Shown piece by piece: positions 58,245 to 64,000 of a stretch of 64,000 nucleotides of DNA (positions are counted from its first letter, which is position 1; every line of letters begins with the position of its first letter). This DNA comes from the human T2T-CHM13v2.0 reference genome, Homo sapiens: NCBI RefSeq assembly GCF_009914755.1, contig NC_060929.1; one strand, written 5' to 3'. Position numbers and translations under genes: made by a program. Below the pieces are notes generated by a model. It had not been told where the DNA came from, ran no database searches, and worked only from the letters and a program-made list of their open reading frames with translations.

Positions 58245-60167
58245 AGCTAGGGAACAATGGTGGGGGCAGAATCCTAGGTTTTCTGTAGTCACAGAGGACT
58301 TCAGGCAGAAAACACTGGAAGCAGAGGGGGAGACCTTCCCCTCATCAGCCAGTGAGTGAGACAAAGGACGCTGAAGACAAGGAGTTAAAATAGCCAACCT
58401 CTGTAAGATAGATACCCAACAACAATGCATTTAAAATAATATTTTCTGTTAATTGCATTTCTAATCATAAACCTCTACTGTGAGCACTAGTGTTTGTGGA
58501 GGGTCAGAGAAGGGGGTAAGTAATAGATGCAGTCTACAAGACCGTAAACAGCTTTCATTATTTGAATAGATACTATTTTGCTAGGCTTATTGCATACTTA
58601 TTTTTATCCACAGAATGAGAAACATAATATTATCAATCCCATTTATTTTATACATGGGAACACTGAGACTCAGAAATACTAATTAATAGCCTCAACCTCA
58701 CAAAGAGCTGATAAGCGACTGATCAGGGATTTCCACCCAGAATATATCTGATTGTAGCTATTATCGATGCTTTATCGCAGGTATACATCCCCAAGTTATT
58801 CATCTAGCAAATAAAAATTACTTTTAAAAAACAAAATTACTTTAAAAAAAGGCATAATGTTGATCACCAGAAGATAGAAATATTTTATTGTTAAACATTC
58901 TGTATTTACAAGTCCTTAATAAGTGAAAAATTTTATAATCTCTTGAAAAGTAGGAAGCATCCCATAATAAATCATTAGGCAAGTTATACTACTGGACATC
59001 CACACTCCTAATAAAAACAGTATAAGAAAATCCAGATTTTCAAAAAGGATAATCTATTGGGTGACTACTTGTTAAAAAATACTCATGTTAATTAAGTAAT
59101 TCTCAATAAATATATAACACACATGACACTTTCTATTTCAAATAAATAATTGTATAAGCAAGTTCTCACTTTCAATTACTTTGTTTTAATATACTCCATA
59201 AATTGTTTAAATATATTACCATAATCGACCCTCAAATGAGCAAAATATAATGAAACATCTCTTGGCATGTAAATTTGCCCTTCAGCTACAAATGAATCAC
59301 TTACTCCTCAATCAACAGGACGTTTGTACACAATTAACAATAGCCATCTATCATTCCTCCAAAGATGGCATTTTGCCCATGACTAGAACCATCACAGTCC
59401 ATTGACTATTGGTTATAAAACACTTCTTCAGTCATATCTACCTTAGTATTTCATAAGTCAACATTTAATTTATTGTGTTGATTAGATTCAATGTTTATAT
59501 TCATACTTCCCATTCATCTGCTTAACTTCAGTTAATGAGGCTGATTTTGTTGTTTCCAATCCTGGATCGAGTTCTGAGACCTGGAAGATGGAGGTGGTTG
59601 AGTGGTGAAGCTTGCAGAAAAGCACCACTCCTGAATCTTAGACAGAGGCCAGCATAAAATTTGGGAAATGGGGGGGCTTCTCTAATAAATATTGGGGACT
59701 GTGCCTAAAGCAGGGGAAATGCATGCTTGCTAGGCAAAAACAACAAGCATCTCCCTACAGCAAAATTCTTCTATATCCAACATCTTAGTTTTAGTTCTTG
59801 AATGTTGGTCCTGTCAAATTTCCCCTGGAGAACTGGTAAAAAATACAACTCTCCAGGCCTGGCTCTCTAAATAACCTTAGGTCCCTGTGTTTTTTATTAG
59901 CTCTCCCAGGTGATTTTGAGATATCTAAATGTTTTTGAGAACTACTGGTCTATTCCACAAACTTTTAAGTTTTTGCACCTGGTATTTGGACCTAAAGTAG
60001 TCCCAGAATAAAAGATTTTTTGGACCAATCAGTCTTAAGCATGTACTGTGTGCCACTTCGTGCACTACTTGTCCCAAACTACCTGTGATCTCTTTTAATT
60101 TTAGAATCAAAATTTCCAGATCTCAGGTTTTGACTGAGTCTGGAAATCTCAGTTTAAGTTGTTAAGG

Positions 60168-60434
60168 ATGGAAGAGACATCCTTAACAACTAACATCAAA
60201 TACTGGCAATGTTCTAACTACATACAACACCGTTCAGCTGGAAGTGCAGTCACCAGCTTCTCACTTCTTACATCCAATCCCATCCTAGTTGTCCTTCTGT
60301 CTCTCAAAATGCACATCATGTCTGACTTCATAGTCACAGTCATCAAAGACAGCCAAGCAGAGCTGGGCGGGGCAGGGGGGCAGTGGTGCGGGGAAGAAGA
60401 CAGGTGTGAGAACTAACCACCTCTTTCAAATGGC
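60168..60434 (+). repeat. Probable inserted copy of 56912-57170, bounded by inverted-repeat junctions
   Basis: About 5 substitutions over the first ~195 bp plus an indel in the G-rich tract; hairpins at both ends. Confidence 0.95.
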
Positions 60435-60529
60435 TTTGAATTGTCAACAAGTTCTCCAGGTGATTCAGATCAGCCACTCCAACCAGGTGACATCGTCAGC
60501 ATCATCAGAGATGAGCCATGCTTGACAGG

Positions 60530-61000
60530 ATGAGCCCATAATATAAGAATGGTACTTTACTCTGTGGTCTCTTCCCCTAAACCTATAATCTCAATTGAAT
60601 CATGTGGAAAACAGAAAAATCCTGGTTGAGAGATATTCTACAATATACCAGACCAGTACTCCCCAAAACTGTCAAGGTTATCAAAAGCAAGCGAAGTCTG
60701 AGAAACTGCCACAGCCACGAAGGATCCTAGAGAGACCTAACTAAAAGTAATGTGGTGTCCTGAATGGGATCTGGAAAAGGAAAAGGATACTGGAGAAACA
60801 TTGAGGAAATATGAATGAACTACAGGCTACACTTAGTAATAATGCATCAATATTGGATCATTAATCATGCCAAATGTACCATGCGAATGCAAAACTTTAA
60901 TAATGGAGGAAAGTGGGTGTGAGTCATATGGGAATTCTCTGTACCATCTTTCCAATAATTCTGAAAACTTAAAACTTTTCTAAGATTTAAAAGTTTCTTT
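60530..61000 (+). mobile_element. L1MC-like 3' end
   Basis: ccagtactccccaaaactgtcaagg...aatgtggtgtcctgaatgggatc...atgggaattctctgtac. Confidence 0.75.
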
Positions 61001-64000
61001 TAAAAATCCCCCAAAATCAGTTTAAGCAGAAACACTGGCAAATATTGACACATCCTTTAAACATATCTTTAAAATTAGAACATATTTCCAATGCCCCATC
61101 TTTTTATGGCATGACAGGCCTTTTTTGGGTGTAAGCCTCTGGTCAGAAGGCCACAGCGTCCTCATGCATGACGCATGGTGTATCCGCCATATGTTCTTGT
61201 TTCAGTTAATTTAAAGAGGCAAGGAAAATCAGAAGACCCTGAAACATACTGAGTGTAAAACAATTTTGAATTTTTATGAATTTTTTAACCATATATTTTT
61301 AATGTTTTCTCACACACCCTAATTCAACAACTATTTTTGTCTTCTCACTCTCAAGTACTTATCATAGCTTTTACTAAGACAATAGCTGTCTTTCACACTT
61401 TATCCTCACATTCCATTGGTTTAGTGCTATTTACCTGAGTTATCTATTGATAACACAACAGGCACAAACAGACAAACAGGTATGGAAGCAAGCCCTGTTG
61501 ACTCCAATCGACCTAGTGGGGGAAGAACTGCAGGCTGCCTTGCAGAGAGAGGGTGCCCAGCAAGGTGCTGGCATCAGTTCCAAATGTAACATGGGTTATG
61601 GCATAGCCTGTAACAGGAATTATGACATGGGTTGGTAGAGCTGGCAAGTCACTTCGATGGAGATCAGCTGGTATTACAGCTTCTCCTGCACTTCAAATAT
61701 CTACCTTGGTTATATGAGGAGTCGCCACTTGCTGATGTATAAATATCAAATGGTTTTAGTTTTGTCCAATAACTGCTACCTCTTGTGATTTGTCAAACTT
61801 CCTTTTATACTGGGTGGCTGGTTTCCTTAAAAATAGTTCAGTTTAATGTATTAAATTTCCAGCAATTTTAGTCACTGAAACAGTATCATTTAGCAAACAG
61901 GACTTGATGGTTGTCCATTGTAAGAGTCCATCATCATTCCTAATTCCATCTTCCCCTCTCTAGCACACACGGTAAAGCAAGGACCTTTCCCTGCAACTGC
62001 CCTCTCTCTTCTCTCTTTTATCCCACTAGGATTGGGGGAAGGACAAGAGGAAGATAAAAGCAGGGCCTCCATTTAACCTTCCCTGTTGAGTGTGATGGCC
62101 CCTTCCTGGGAGGGACCCCACTCATCCAGTTCCTGGAAAAACGAGAGAGGAGGAGCTGAGACCTGAGTATCTACTGCGGACAGTAGTACATTGAAGGCAG
62201 GGCCAGGTCCTGAAGCTGACCGCCTCTGGGATCTTCAAGTCACACACCGTGTCATCCCCTAGAGTGCCAGCAGTCCTCATCTCCTCTGCTCTTTGCCACC
62301 CAATCCTGAGCCCCTAGGTACAGATTGGACCCTTCTTTCTTACCTCTCAGAAACCAGGAATTCAATGCTATGCCAGCCACCTCATCACATCTTCCCCACA
62401 GCCAATTTGAGTAGGACTGAGAAGTAGATGTCATCCTCTATTCCACGTGCTGTCTCCCAACTTTCCCAGTGATTGTCATGACCTTAGAAAGACTGGAGGG
62501 ATGGCTGCTGCTCCCAGCAAACTTTGCCCACAGCCACCTCACATCTTCCTCTGCCCTCTCACCTGGAGAGTGCAGAGGCTATGGGGGACATGTTGAAATA
62601 GCAGCTTTTATCTCTGAGCTAGACTCCACAGCCAGCAGGCCTCTGAACTAGAATGGGATTGAATCCAGGGACCCCCATTCCCACATGCAGCAACTAGAAG
62701 ATCCCTAGAGCCACATCCCAAGTAAACAGACATTTTTCTTGCTGGATCCTACAAGGAGGGAGATGCAAAGGGTAGGAGAGGCTGGCCCAGGATTTTCTAG
62801 AGTAATAGAGGTGACACACAAAGCTGAAGCTGAAGATGCTTAAAATAGGTGATGCTTTTCCTGTGACTGCACCAAGGCCAGCCAGCCCTGGGGGAAATCC
62901 TGAGCAGTGACACAACAGATGACCCACGGAGCCACTGCAAGCTGGCCAGTGATGTCAGTGTTGGGTGAAGAATAGGTGAAGTAGCCTGCCCAGGACCATG
63001 GATTTCTACAATAATTTATTTACCCGATAAAGTGCTATTTCCTTCAAATTTAAATGTTACAACCTCCTTAGCCTTTGATCCAAGCCAACTACTTTACTTT
63101 CCTTTTAAAGGCACTGCTTTAGTGAAACACACTGATAAACTGTTTTCAAGGTAGGCATGGAAGAGAAGAACTATCATTAACACACACCTGTTGCTGCCAG
63201 TCACTAGGGGTTTGGCAAATATTATCTCACCCCGCAGCAAGCAAATGAGAGAGAGAACACTAATCCAACTGACAGAGGAGGGATCTAAGGAGTGTAGGTG
63301 GAACCAAGATTGAGCTTCAGCCCAATTAAAAAAAATAAAAAATAAAGCTTATGCCTTTCCAATTTCATGCTGCGATTTTCCATGATGGCATGCTAATCTA
63401 TCAGTTCCCTAACACAATCATTTTCTGAATGCTGAGTTTAACAAAGCCACAAAGAAATATGAGGTTTCTGAGGAAGCCAGCCTCCGCCCTTTAGGAAGCT
63501 TATAATCAAATGTTGGGGATTCCTTTCCCCCAGGAGTCTGACTTTTGCTTTTTATTGCCCTTCAACTTTTTGCAATACAATTTATAATTTGAAGAATATT
63601 TGATAAAACTGCATGATGTTCTTTGAACACAACCTCTGTTAAGACAGGTTTTGAAATGAAGAACCATATATATGAGCAAACCTCTGTTTTTGTGTTTTGT
63701 TATGGATAATTTACACAATACACAATTTATACAGTTACAAATGACTCCTCAACTCTGAACCAGGTAAAATAAACATTTCATTACTGATCTTTTTTTCTTG
63801 GAACTTCTCCACACTGAATTATACTCAAGTGCATCACAATTACCCATTTGATCTTCTCCCCGTGTATTTTGGACCTACCATCTAATTTATAAATACTAAC
63901 TACCTGTAAATGCACTACTTTTAAATTATAGCTACAATGATTTTTAAATGTGCCTATACTTGGGCATCATCTAGGGTTTCTAAAAAATATATTGACACCT

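Noticed and set aside
56912-60416. Two near-identical ORFs (77 aa and 85 aa) that look like a paralogous small-protein family
   Set aside because: They result from a recent DNA duplication. I see no splice or promoter context and no recognisable domain, and the second ORF starts at TTG in the junction hairpin.
61155-61180. Palindrome tcatgcatga with flanking gcgtc/gacgc
   Set aside because: Too short to exceed chance expectation in 64 kb; not a tRNA or miRNA-sized hairpin

Overview
AT-rich, repeat-dense primate (very probably human) intronic DNA. The only supportable protein-coding feature is a 137-nt minus-strand exon (14183-14319) encoding (G)[45 protein letters not shown], which I recognise as exon 2 of CTNND2 (delta-catenin). 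On that reading the window is the end of intron 1 (14320-64000) and the start of intron 2 (1-14182). The remainder is Alu, L1, MaLR/ERVL solo LTRs, old DNA transposons, MIR/L2 and microsatellites; the other ORF-track entries are repeat-derived or chance. I found no evidence of a novel multi-gene system. The most unusual structure is a set of local copy/repair scars: two ~250-bp templated insertions copied from 1.2 kb and 3.3 kb away (one with fold-back hairpins at both junctions), ~536-bp and 75-bp tandem duplications, and several micro-duplications. There is also a young twin-primed L1PA2-type insertion and a candidate antisense micro-exon. Repeat subfamily names come from memory of consensus sequences and boundaries without a TSD are approximate.
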